In this document: positions 31,381 to 41,889 of the stretch, piece by piece
Numbering within the stretch: the stretch's first letter is position 1
Layout of the letters: each line of letters starts with the position of its first letter
Source of the DNA: Candidatus Marinacidobacterales bacterium
GTDB taxonomy: Bacteria > Acidobacteriota > Vicinamibacteria > Marinacidobacterales > DATDRI01
Reading direction: 5' to 3'
DNA length: 64,000 nucleotides
Assembly: GCA_965219415.1 (NCBI GenBank)
Contig: CBDCNP010000002.1
Location: forward strand, 4,032,001-4,096,000
Position numbers and translations under genes: made by a program
Notes under the pieces: model-generated
Databases searched by the model: none
Seen by the model: only the letters and a program-made list of their open reading frames with translations
What the model was told of the DNA's origin: nothing

Positions 31381-31650
31381 CTAAGTGTGTCCATCGTAGT
31401 TCGCCCGGTTCCTGTTTGAATCTCGCCCTCTACATCGTCCAGTGCCTGGACCACGCCCGTCCACTTCGGACTTCACGAACTCGCAGTCCGAGGCGTTGCG
31501 GATGATCTTGTTGGCGGCCGCCTCGGCTTCCTTCACGACGTCGATGTCGGAAATAGCCCCGCCGAGCTGCTCACCCAGTCCCTTTTCCCCATCACCGCAC
31601 GCGGTAGCGACGAATAGGAGACAGGCTATGACCCAAATGCCATGCTTCAT
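31381..31650 (-). CDS. Small lipoprotein; C-terminus possibly frameshifted
   Basis: MKHGIWVIACLLFVATAC lipobox; AGGA RBS. Confidence 0.65.
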   Translation of the reverse strand: MKHGIWVIACLLFVATACGDGEKGLGEQLGGAISDIDVVKEAEAAANKIIRNASDCEFVKSEVDGRGPGTGRCRGRDSNRNRANYDGHT

Positions 31651-31994
31651 CTGTTTTTCCTTTCAGGGGTTGCCTAAGCAAGGATAGCATCGCCATGCCC
31701 GCCGTTGCTACACCAGGCGGGCCGCGCCTATCTATCCTCAGACACTCGACGGCTCCATCCTATTCACAAGCAACGACTTACACGAAGTGCAAACGCGTGC
31801 CGAAGACTCAGAGTCTCTCAGTTTGACGCAACCGCAAGGCATGCCCGATAATGGTTTAAATAGCTGAAAACTAACTCTCATCTCACGGATCGGTGAGCCG
31901 ATTCCGAGGGGGGCACGCTTGTGAACGCGTTCGCCGCTCCTTTCGGGGAACGGCGCTACGACACCGGTGCGACCGCGAAAACAGGGGATGTCGG

Positions 31995-33288
31995 ATGAAG
32001 TGGATGTGCCGGAACCTCGTGCTGTTGGTGGTCCTCTTATCGTTGGCGATCCCCGCCGCAGCGCAAGAAGGGCCGGTGACTTTCGAGTTCAGCTTTTCGA
32101 ACCCAGGCGCGCGAAGCATGGGTTTGGGAGGAGCCTTCGCAGCCATCGCAGACGATGCCACGGCTGCATTCAGCAATCCCGCGGGACTCAATCAGCTACT
32201 CAAGCCGGAGGTCTCACTCGAGGGACGCCGTTGGTCCTACAACACGCCATTCGTCGCCGGAGGGCGTGCGTCGGGCGAGCCTACCGGCATCGGCCTCGAT
32301 ACGGTTAGCGGACCGCGTTACGGAGTCTCTTCCGAAGCTCTCGCCGGCCTCTCTTTTCTGTCTTTCGTTTACCCGGGCAAGAAGTGGTCCCTCGCAGCCT
32401 ACCGACATCGGTGGGCCAACTTCAGTCTAACCAGACAGGTCGATAGCCTCTTCGGCATCGTCGACGGCGAGCTCGAGTGCTTGGAGGATATTTTCTCGAC
32501 GACAGACTTCAAAGTCACCAACAACGGTTTTGCGGCCGCTTACGAGATGACACCAAGCTTGAGCCTGGGTTTCGGGATGGTGTACTTCCAGGCGGAGATG
32601 GACTCGCTGTCCGACGAGTTTGCCTCGGATGAAGAAGCTTTCTTCGAAGCCAATCCCCGGCTGCCGGAGTCTCTCGACACGAGCTATCACCTTCGCGGAA
32701 AGGACTCCGGTGTCACGCTTCACGCGGGTTTCTTTTGGCGACCGACAGCGCAATGGTCCGTGGGTGGTTACTTCCGTGAGGGGCCGCAATTGACGATGGA
32801 AATTACCGAGGTCGTGGGCCCGGCCAACGACGAGGCTCCGGCGGGAACCGTCGAACTCGACGCCACCACTCCCCTCAATCTTCCAACCGTCTACGGCATA
32901 GGGGCCGCGTTCCGTGCAAACGAAGGGGCGCTGACTATCAGCCTCGAGTGGGATCGGGTCCGTTACTCCTCGATCACCAAAAGCCTCGACACAAACGTTT
33001 TCGATCCGGGTCAGATCAATCTATCCGACGGAAACGAGATCCATGTAGGCGTCGAGTATGTTTTCGTAACCGCCAAGCCCATCGTGGCCCTACGCGGGGG
33101 CGCATGGCGAGATCCTGCCCATGGTTTCGATTCGGGTCCGGCGGCGGATGTCTTCGAGCAGACGATCTTCAACGGTGGGGACGACGAAATTCATTTCTCC
33201 GGAGGCGTTGGTCTGGTACTGAGCAAGTTCCAATTCGATCTTGGACTCGAGGGACCTGCTGTCATTCTCGCTCGTCTTTCGATTCTGA
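31995..33288 (+). CDS. FadL/OmpP1-like outer-membrane beta-barrel with a frameshift near the C-terminus
   Basis: GARSMGLGGAFAAIADDATAAFSNPAGL; the beta-signal DLLSFSLVFRF-TGA (33286-88) is in a shifted frame. Confidence 0.8.
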
Positions 33289-33298
33289 GGGAGAGTCC

Positions 33299-35750
33299 GT
33301 GCGCGATCGCCGGGGCATCCCTTTAGAGCCATTCAGCTTCGCAGCCCTATTCCGCGGGCCGAGTTTCTCAATCACATCCCTTATCGCCTGCCTGGCCCTG
33401 GTACTTCTCTCTACACGCGCAGCCTCTGCCGAAACCTGGTTCGAGGCATACCACCAAGCCGAAGAGGCCCTGGCCGACGAGCGGTGGAGCGAAGCGATCC
33501 GCCATCTTAATACGGCACTCGAGCAGAAGCCGGACTCGAGCCTGAAGGTTCGCACTTACGGTATGAGGTTCATCTCGTACTTTCCCTTCTTGAAGCTTGG
33601 TGTCGCCTACTACCACCTGGGACAGGCGGACGCAGCAATGCAGACTTTCGAAACCGAGGAACGTCAACGAGAGATTCAGGGTTCGGAGAGAGACTACGCC
33701 GAGCTCCAAGAGTACCGTGGCTTGATTCGGGAGGCCCATACCGCGGCCGATCTCGAGAGAGAGCGACGTGCCGAAGAGGTGGTCACCGAGAACCTGAAAG
33801 CCGCGCGAGAGCTCGAAGAGCAGGGGCGCTTCGACGACGCGCTGGCCACCCTTGCGAAGACTCTTGCTGTGGCTCCAAACCTGGCCGAAGCTCAAGAGCT
33901 GAGACGACGCTTGTTGAGATCGGTTGCCGAGCAAGAGCGACGACAGGAGGTCGACGATCGCATGACCCGCTTGCTCGAGCAAGGAAGAACCGATTTGCAG
34001 GCGGGCAACTACCGCCGGGCGGCGACCAACCTTCGCCAGGCGTTGGACCTAAGGAATAACGCCGATGTCCTCGCCCTCCTCCAGCAAGCGCAGGAAGGGA
34101 TCCGTGTTGGAATCGAGAAGGAGGCGGGTGCAGGTAATCGCCAACGCCTGATCGCTCTGGGCTTGGAACGGGCCGCCGAGCTCGAGGCCACCGGTGAGCT
34201 GATACGCTCTTTGAATGAGCTTCAGGCCGTTCTGGTCCTCGATCCCCAAAACCCCGATGCCCGGGAACGCCAGGCTCGAATCATCCGAAAGCAGGTGGGA
34301 GCCGACGAGACCGATCGCCGAGCAAAGACCGTGCGTCGACTGCTGGGTGAAGCCGAGAACCTGCTCGGAGCCGGCCAGTACGATCAGGCCCTGCGGAACG
34401 CGAACCGTGTGCTCGCGCTGGAGCCGGACAATGGCGCGGCGCTCAGCTGTATCACGCGGGCCTATGCGAAGCTCAGCGATACGTTGCTATCAACCACGAA
34501 CGCTCCCCCGGCCATTCTCCTTGACGATCTCCCGCAGAGCGGGGCGGCAGAAACACCTGTTCAAGTGGTCCATTCGCCACAGTTCGTCCTCACCGGCTCG
34601 GTGTACGACAACACACCGGTCGAACTTTCTCTCATGGACGGTGACCACGTCGTCGGAACGCCGAGAATCCAAAACCCGGCAGTTCCAAGGCGTGTGGATA
34701 ACCACGTTCCGCTTTCAACAACGCATCGACCCCGGCGCGTCGACGTTCCAGGTAGTCGCGGTGGACGAAGGAGGCAAGTCCGCCACCGAGACCTACTCGG
34801 TCGAGTACGCCGTCCCATTCCTTCGTTCTTGGTGGTCCCCAGCCTCTCTCGGTGTGGCGTTGACGTCCCTGGTGTTCGGCTTCGTGGGCCTAAGGGCACG
34901 ACGACGCCATCAGTTGCTACGCCGCCGTTTCAACCCCTACGTTGCCGGCGCACCGATTCTGGAGCAGAAGAGGTACTTCGGGCGTCAAGGGCTGCTGGAT
35001 TACGTCCTTCGGAGAGTTCACAACAACAGCATCCTGATCTATGGAGAGAGGCGCATCGGCAAGACGAGTTTTCAACATCAGCTGAAGCAATGTCTGACAA
35101 CGCTCGACGATCCGGTTCACAAGTTCTACCCGGTTTACATCGACCTCCAAGGCACACCCCAGGAGAAGTTCTTCTCGACGATGGCGGCGGAGATCTTTCA
35201 CGAGCTTCCGCAATACGTCGATGGAATCGAGCCGAGCTCATCCCTGGACGAGGATACCTACGGATACCGGGATTTCGTGAAGGATATTCATCGAGTCCTC
35301 AAGGCCCTCGGCGGTACGACGAACAAGAGTGTCAAGCTGGCACTACTCATCGACGAAGTCGACGAACTCAACGACTACGACCCGCGCGTCAACCAGAAAT
35401 TACGGAGCCTCTTCATGAGAACGTTCGCCGACAACCTCGTCTCGGTCGTCTCGGGAGTCGGGATCAAGAAGCACTGGGAACGAGAGGGCAGCCCCTGGTA
35501 CAACTTCTTTCAGGAGATCGAGGTGAAGCCTCTCGATCGCAAGGAGGCTATATCGCTGGTCGAGGCTCCGGTGCGCGGGGTCTTCAGCTTCGCGGATGGA
35601 GTCGTAGATGAGATTCTACGGCGAACGGACTGTAAGCCGTACCTGATCCAGAGAGTTTGCTCGGCACTGGTCGACCGACTGCACGAGGAACAACGAGGAA
35701 GTTTCACCTTGGCCGATGTCGAGAGCGTCTGCCAACCCGAGGGGCTCTAG
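33299..35750 (+). CDS. Exported TPR domain + TM helix + cytoplasmic P-loop (STAND-like) NTPase; frameshift at about 34672
   Basis: GTG after GAGGGAG, signal peptide, TPRs, TM followed by RARRR, NPYVAG, GERRIGKTS, LLIDEVD. Confidence 0.75.
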
Positions 35751-35753
35751 AGG

Positions 35754-37688
35754 ATGCCGGTTACTCCCTACGTCGTCGGCCAGTGGGTCCGTGGAAAAAA
35801 ATTCTATGGACGCAGAGAGCTCGTTGCCGGCATTCTTCACGGCAATCGCAACTGCCTGTGGCTTCTCGGCACCCGCCGTATCGGCAAGACGTCCATCCTC
35901 AAGCAGCTCGAGCACCTGACGTCGACCTCACCTGATCTCGGTTACTTTTCCGTTTTCTGGGATTTTCAGGGTGCGGAAGAGCTGGAGGACTTGAACGAGA
36001 GTTTCGACGAGTCGCTGCTCGACGCGCTCGACCGGCTCGGCGAGGTGGGAATTCCTCTCGAACGCGTGCAGGCCGACGACCTGTTCGAGTCCATCAACAA
36101 ACTCCGCCGCGAGCTTCGCAGCAAGAACCTCGCGCTGCTGCTCCTGGGCGACGAAGTGGAGGAACTGGTCCACGTCAAGGAGAGAGCGCCCCGCTTTCTA
36201 CCCCGCCTTCGCCGGGCCCTGCAATCGGCGGAGAACATCCGCACCGTACTGGCCTCGAAGATCAAACTCTGGGATCTTGCGTCCGAGCAAACCAACACCT
36301 CGCCATTCCTTCACGGTTTCACGCCCCCGCTCTTCGTCCACGGACTCACTGACGACGAAGCGCGGTCGCTCGTCTGCCAGTCGCTACTCCCCGAAGACTC
36401 GAGGCCACAGTTCGATGAGAAGACGATCGAGGTCATCCGAACCCACTGCAATAATCACCCTTACCTTCTCCAACTTCTGTGCGAGCGTTACGTCGAGCGA
36501 ATGGAGCTCGAGCAGGCGATCGAGGAGATCGCCACCGATCAGATGGTGCGTCACTTCTTCGCGGTCGACTTCGAGATGTTGACCGAGACCGAGCGCAACA
36601 TCATTCGCATTATCGGCGACGAGAACGAGGCGACCACTCACGTCATACAGAGGACGCTAGGCATCGAGTCGGCCGGTTTGAGTGGTGATCTATCGCGGCT
36701 AGAAAACCTCGGATTCATCCGGCGAACCGCCAACGGCGACTACACCCTGGCGAACTTCTTCTTCAAGCGTTGGTTCCGTGAGCTTCCGCGAACCGAGCGC
36801 GCACGTCCCGGCGATCCCGGTCTGATCCAGCCCACCATCCAGGACGCGCACCTCGTCACCGGAGCGGTATCGGAGTCTTTCGGCCGAATCGACAATCGTT
36901 ATGAGCTCCTGGGGCTGCTCGGACAAGGCGAGACCGGCAAGGTGTACAAAGCGCACGACACGCTCCTCAACACCGTGGTCGCAGTCAAGCTATTCAAACC
37001 GGAGTATTGTGCCGAAGAGGAGGCCGTGACCAGGCTGCGCCGTGAGGTCTTGCTCTCGAGAAACCTCACCCATCCGAATATTCTCAAGATCTATGATCTC
37101 GGTGACGACGATGGTCAGCGGTACCTGACCATGCAATACGTGAAGGGTCCCGACCTGGCCGACGTCATCTCGAAGGAGGCTCCGCTTGCGATCGGCAGAG
37201 CGGTGGCGATCGCCGCCAAGCTTGCGGCGGCCTTGGACGTCGCTCGCCAGTCGAAGGTGCTCCACCGCGACATCAAACCCTCGAACGTATTGATCGACGA
37301 AACCGGAGAGCCACAGATCGCCGACTTCGGAGTGGCACGTCTTCTCGACGGGCCGGAGATCACGAAGAGCGGCGTCTTCCTCGGCACCCCGGTGTACGCT
37401 TCGCCGGAACTAATCACGGGTGCGAGAGTCGACCATCGTTCCGACCTCTACGCGCTCGGCGTCGTGACCTTCGAGATGGTGACTGGCCGGCGACCCTTCT
37501 TCGCTGATGACTTGCAGGAAATGTGCAGGATGCACATAGAGGTTCCCCCTCCCTCCCCGCGGAACCTTCGCCCGGAAGTCCCGGAGGAACTCTCCGCGAT
37601 ATTGCTACGCTGCCTCGCCAAGGATCCCGGCCAGCGATTCCAAAATGGCGCCGAGTTGCACGACGCGCTCGATGCCCTGGGCCTTTAG
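35754..37688 (+). CDS. STAND-like NTPase + wHTH + Ser/Thr protein kinase fusion
   Basis: TPYVVG, GTRRIGKTS, LLGDEVE, HPYLLQ, then VAVK, HRDIKPSN, DFG, SPE. Confidence 0.88.
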   Translation: MPVTPYVVGQWVRGKKFYGRRELVAGILHGNRNCLWLLGTRRIGKTSILKQLEHLTSTSPDLGYFSVFWDFQGAEELEDLNESFDESLLDALDRLGEVGIPLERVQADDLFESINKLRRELRSKNLALLLLGDEVEELVHVKERAPRFLPRLRRALQSAENIRTVLASKIKLWDLASEQTNTSPFLHGFTPPLFVHGLTDDEARSLVCQSLLPEDSRPQFDEKTIEVIRTHCNNHPYLLQLLCERYVERMELEQAIEEIATDQMVRHFFAVDFEMLTETERNIIRIIGDENEATTHVIQRTLGIESAGLSGDLSRLENLGFIRRTANGDYTLANFFFKRWFRELPRTERARPGDPGLIQPTIQDAHLVTGAVSESFGRIDNRYELLGLLGQGETGKVYKAHDTLLNTVVAVKLFKPEYCAEEEAVTRLRREVLLSRNLTHPNILKIYDLGDDDGQRYLTMQYVKGPDLADVISKEAPLAIGRAVAIAAKLAAALDVARQSKVLHRDIKPSNVLIDETGEPQIADFGVARLLDGPEITKSGVFLGTPVYASPELITGARVDHRSDLYALGVVTFEMVTGRRPFFADDLQEMCRMHIEVPPPSPRNLRPEVPEELSAILLRCLAKDPGQRFQNGAELHDALDALGL

Positions 37689-37783
37689 CCAAGGCCGCCG
37701 CGTCCTCAACCGGTTGCTGCGATAACGCCATACCGGAACGTTCTTGCGCGCGCGGACCGAATCCCCTAGGATCCAATCTCCGC

Positions 37784-38740
37784 ATGGTTACGACAAACGA
37801 GACCGATCGACGAAGCACGCTTTTGGCGGAGCTCAGAAGTGTCTACGACCTCCCTCTGCCCGAGCTTCTCTACCGCTCACAAGGGGTCCACCGGGCATCT
37901 CACAAGCCGGAGGACATCCAGCGCTGCGCGTTACTCAGCATCAAAACGGGCGGGTGTCCAGAAGACTGCGGCTACTGCGCCCAGAGCGCCCATTACAATA
38001 CCGAGGTCCCTTCGAGCGCTCTCATGGCGACCGAAGACGTGCTCGCCAAGGCGCTCACAGCGAAGGCAGCAGGCGCCTCACGGTTCTGCATGGGCACGGC
38101 GTGGCGTTCGGTGAAAGACGGCACGGATTTCGACGCCGTCCTGGAGATGGTGCGGGGCGTACGGGATCTCGGAATGGAAGCGTGCGTTACGCTAGGTATG
38201 CTCAACGACGAGCAAGCACGAGCGCTCAAAGAGGCCGGGCTGACCGCCTATAACCACAATCTGGATACTTCGCGCGAGTACTACCCGAATATCGTGAGCA
38301 CGCGCACCTACGACGACCGGCTAGCGACGCTAGACGCGGTAGAAAAGGCGGGAATCTCGGTTTGCTGTGGCGGCATTCTAGGGTTGGGGGAAAGCGTGGA
38401 AGATCGTTTGAAGCTCTTGACGGAGCTTCGGATGCGCGAGATCCCACCGGAAAGCATTCCCATCAATGCCCTCATGCCGATGCCAGGAACTCCTCTCGAA
38501 GATTCGCCTCCCGTGAAAGGGCTGGAGATGGTTCGCTTGATCGCGACCACCCGAATCTTCTTCCCGCAGGCACGCGTACGACTCGCCGCCGGCCGAAGCC
38601 GCATGAGCCGGGAGCTCCAGTTCCTTTGCTTTTTCGCCGGTGCGAACTCGATCTTCTTCGGGGAGAAGCTCCTCACCGCACCCAACCCCGAAACGAGCGA
38701 CGACGACCAGCTGTTTCGTTCGATGGGACTTCTGTCCTAG
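37784..38740 (+). CDS. bioB: Biotin synthase
   Basis: KTGGCPEDCGYCAQS, YNHNLDT, GANSIF.GEKLLT. Confidence 0.96.
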   Translation: MVTTNETDRRSTLLAELRSVYDLPLPELLYRSQGVHRASHKPEDIQRCALLSIKTGGCPEDCGYCAQSAHYNTEVPSSALMATEDVLAKALTAKAAGASRFCMGTAWRSVKDGTDFDAVLEMVRGVRDLGMEACVTLGMLNDEQARALKEAGLTAYNHNLDTSREYYPNIVSTRTYDDRLATLDAVEKAGISVCCGGILGLGESVEDRLKLLTELRMREIPPESIPINALMPMPGTPLEDSPPVKGLEMVRLIATTRIFFPQARVRLAAGRSRMSRELQFLCFFAGANSIFFGEKLLTAPNPETSDDDQLFRSMGLLS

Positions 38741-38752
38741 ACAGTCCGGCGC

Positions 38753-40669
38753 GTGAGCGACGCGATCATTCTCGGCACCGATACCGACGCCGGGAAGACA
38801 ACCTTCTCCCTCCTTTGGATGACCGCCTTTCCGAAGGACTTTGCGTATTGGAAACCGGTAGAGACCGGCCCCTCCGACACCGAAACCGTCGAACGACTCG
38901 TACCTGAAGCGCGAGTCCACCCTCCCCTCGCCCGCTTTCGCGACGCGGTGGCTCCCGAGGTCGCCGCAGAGCGCGAAGGGCGTTCGGTTCCCGCCGTCGG
39001 AGAAATCTTGGGTGCCGTTCCCGAAGACACGCGTTCCCTTCTCATCGAGACTTTTGGAAGTCCCCTCTCACCCCTTCGTCCGAACGTTTTACAGATCGAG
39101 CTCATCCGGCAATTCGAGAGGCTTAGTTTGCTGGTCGGCACGACGGCGGTGGGTGCGGTGGGACGAGCCCTTCAGTCAATCGAGACCCTTCGCGCAAACG
39201 GCATCGAACCTCGCGCACTAGTACTCGTCGGGCCAATAGACACCTACGCCGAGTCCAAGATTCGCCAGCACGGGGGTCTCGACGTTTTCACGCTAGAGCC
39301 ACCTGCCGCGTTCGACGAAGAAGGCGTGCGTCGTTGTGCCCAGAAACAAATCGATGTCCTACGCTCCCTACGCGAGACCCTCGCACTCGATCCATCGATC
39401 GACAAAGACTGGGTGGCGCGCGATCGGCGCTCGGTGTGGCATCCCTACACCTCCCTCAGAGATCCCGATGAACCGTTAAACGTCGTCGACTCGTGCGATG
39501 AGTTCCTGATTCTAGAAGACGGCCGACAGATCATCGACGGCATCTCTTCGTGGTGGACCATTCAGCACGCGCATCGCTACCCTCCGCTCATGAAGGCTCT
39601 CCGGGAAGCGGCGCGCCGATACGATCATGTCGTTTTCGCGGGGGTCACGCATCCCCCCGCCATCGAGCTTGCGGAGCGGATGCTCGCCAGCATGCCTTGG
39701 TCGGGTGGCCGTGTCTTCTACTCGGATAACGGAAGTACCGCGGTCGAAGTCGCCCTCAAAATGGCCTATCAGTTTTGGTGTCACCGTGGCGAGCCGGGGC
39801 GGCGTTTGTTCGTCGGCTTCGAAGGCGGCTATCACGGCGATACTTTTGGCGCTATGGCGGTGAGTCGCGACCCGCTATTCTTCGGTACCTTCGAGCCCTT
39901 GCTCTTCGAATCGCGGATCGTCCCGCTTTCACCGAAGAGCCTGGATAGACTCCTCGTACGGGAAGGCAGTCGAGTCGCCGCCGTCATCCTCGAGCCTCTG
40001 GTACAAGGGGCAGGCGGCATGCTCATGCACTCCCCCGAAACGCTAGCAGCGCTTGCGGAGGTGTCGCGCAAGCACGGCGTGCTCTTTATCGCCGATGAAG
40101 TCATGACCGGTGGTGGTCGTACCGGAACCCTTTGGGCGCATCAAACCGCTGGTATCACACCCGATCTAGTCTGTGCCGGGAAGACCATTGCCGGGGGAAT
40201 CCTTCCCATCGCCACGACTCTAGTCGCGCCTCACATCGTCGAGGCCTTCGACACCGAGGATCGGTCTCGCACGTTTTTTCACGGCCACTCCTTCACCGCC
40301 CATCCGCTTTCGTGTGCGGTAGGTGTTGCTAACTGGAGGCTCATGGAAAACGGCATCGGCGACGAGCCGCGACAGATCGAGAGCTTTTGGCGGGGGCGAA
40401 TCGAGCCGATGCGGTCCCGTGAAGGCGTCAAAGACGTTCGCATCCAAGGAACCATCGCCGCTATCGAGCTTGACCTCCCGGGAGGCTATCTCGCCGACAC
40501 CGGCCGTCGCATGCGGCAGGTGTGTCTCGAGCGCGGCGTCTGGCTGCGACCGCTCGGCAACGTTCTCTATGCCCTGCCACCGTTCCGAACGCCTCGAGCA
40601 TCACTCGAACAGATTGCCGACGCGATGGAATCGGCGGTTGCGGAAGTCTTGGAAGCTAGCAACCCATGA
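38753..40669 (+). CDS. bioA: Fused dethiobiotin synthetase / DAPA aminotransferase (BioD-BioA)
   Basis: GTDTDAGKT, WKPVETG; WHPYT, SSWW, DNGSTAVEVALKMA, YHGDT, IADEVMTG. Confidence 0.92.
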   Translation: MSDAIILGTDTDAGKTTFSLLWMTAFPKDFAYWKPVETGPSDTETVERLVPEARVHPPLARFRDAVAPEVAAEREGRSVPAVGEILGAVPEDTRSLLIETFGSPLSPLRPNVLQIELIRQFERLSLLVGTTAVGAVGRALQSIETLRANGIEPRALVLVGPIDTYAESKIRQHGGLDVFTLEPPAAFDEEGVRRCAQKQIDVLRSLRETLALDPSIDKDWVARDRRSVWHPYTSLRDPDEPLNVVDSCDEFLILEDGRQIIDGISSWWTIQHAHRYPPLMKALREAARRYDHVVFAGVTHPPAIELAERMLASMPWSGGRVFYSDNGSTAVEVALKMAYQFWCHRGEPGRRLFVGFEGGYHGDTFGAMAVSRDPLFFGTFEPLLFESRIVPLSPKSLDRLLVREGSRVAAVILEPLVQGAGGMLMHSPETLAALAEVSRKHGVLFIADEVMTGGGRTGTLWAHQTAGITPDLVCAGKTIAGGILPIATTLVAPHIVEAFDTEDRSRTFFHGHSFTAHPLSCAVGVANWRLMENGIGDEPRQIESFWRGRIEPMRSREGVKDVRIQGTIAAIELDLPGGYLADTGRRMRQVCLERGVWLRPLGNVLYALPPFRTPRASLEQIADAMESAVAEVLEASNP

Positions 40670-41006
40670 CATGAGGCGCCGAATTTGGCCATGACGTTCC
40701 GAATTTGCTTGATCAGGTGCTGTTTTTAGCATGAAAAGATGGTGATGAGACGCCGCGAAAAAAATCTAAATAGCCTCCTACAAGAAGGACGTGAAGAGAA
40801 AGCGGGCGCGCCGACTATAAAACCACGTCGCGACTGACTCGTAACTTGTCACGCGGCGAAGAACTGATAAGTCACTAAGCACTCGACTCCGACGCTCGTG
40901 TGGGCAAACTCCTTGACGCATGGGCGCTTGCGCCCTTTTCTCTCCTCTTTGGTACAGGTCTTGCCAGAGGACTTGCTAGAAGACAGGTCGGGGAGGGCCA
41001 ACACCC

Positions 41007-41870
41007 ATGGAGGTTTTTCTACAAGCCTGCATCGGTGGTTTGGCTCAGGGCTGCGTTTATGCGCTGGTGGCTCTGGGATTCGTCCTGATCTACAAGGCGA
41101 CGGAAGTCGCGAACTTCGCTCAGGGCGAGCTCATGATGGTGGGGGCCTACATCCACTTCTCGCTGGTGGTGTTCGGCGGGCTCGATCCGTTGCTGGCGCT
41201 GCCGGTGACTCTCGTTCTCGCGGGACTCATGGGTGCCACCGTCGAACCCGCTTGTACGATCAGCCTCATCGATGACGCAGAAGGTAAAGTTCAAACCTAC
41301 CTCATGACAGCCCGCGATCTGAATAAGACGTTCGAGAAGGCCTCCATCTCCATTCTTCCGTTCGGAGAAGACACGATTGCGCGACTTGAGAAGGAGGAAG
41401 GGCTGGCGGACAAAGTGGGGCTTCTAGAGGCCGCCAACGGTGGCACGGTTTTCCTCGACGAGGTGAGCGAGACCAGCCCCGGCTTTCAAGTCAAGTTGCT
41501 CCGGGCGCTCCAAGAAGGAGAGGTGACCCGAGTCGGGGACCACACACCCCGAAAGATCGATGTCCGGGTCGTCGCCGCAACCAACAAAGATCTGGAGCTC
41601 GAGATCAAGGAGGTCACCTGCTACCAGGAAGCGTGACCGTGGCTGTGGGTGACCGTCTGATGGCAGGACAAGCTATCGGGAAAGTGGGAAAGGCCGGCCT
41701 CGTTCATTTCAACATGATGAACGACGGCGAATGGCTCGAAGCTCACGGTGTCCCCGCGCTCTTCAGTGATTTCGAGCGCGTCCTTCCGGGCGCGGATCCT
41801 CGGCGCATCGACAAAGGTAACCCGAGAACCGGTTGGCTCGTGGCTCCTGTAGAAGGCAAACCCACCTCCC
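41007..41870 (+). pseudogene. Mosaic of fragments: LivH N-terminus, unknown segment, sigma54-activator AAA+ core, M23 C-terminus
   Basis: [18 protein letters not shown]; [30 protein letters not shown]; HFNMM..GWLVAP. Confidence 0.75.
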
Positions 41871-41889
41871 AGACGAAACGCCCCAGTCT

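Noticed and set aside
34680-35611. Arg-rich tail of the 887-aa TPR ORF
   Set aside because: Out-of-frame product after the frameshift; the real continuation is the NTPase frame
41634-41636. TGA ending the mosaic ORF as a read-through site
   Set aside because: The downstream M23 fragment is in another frame and there is no redox motif
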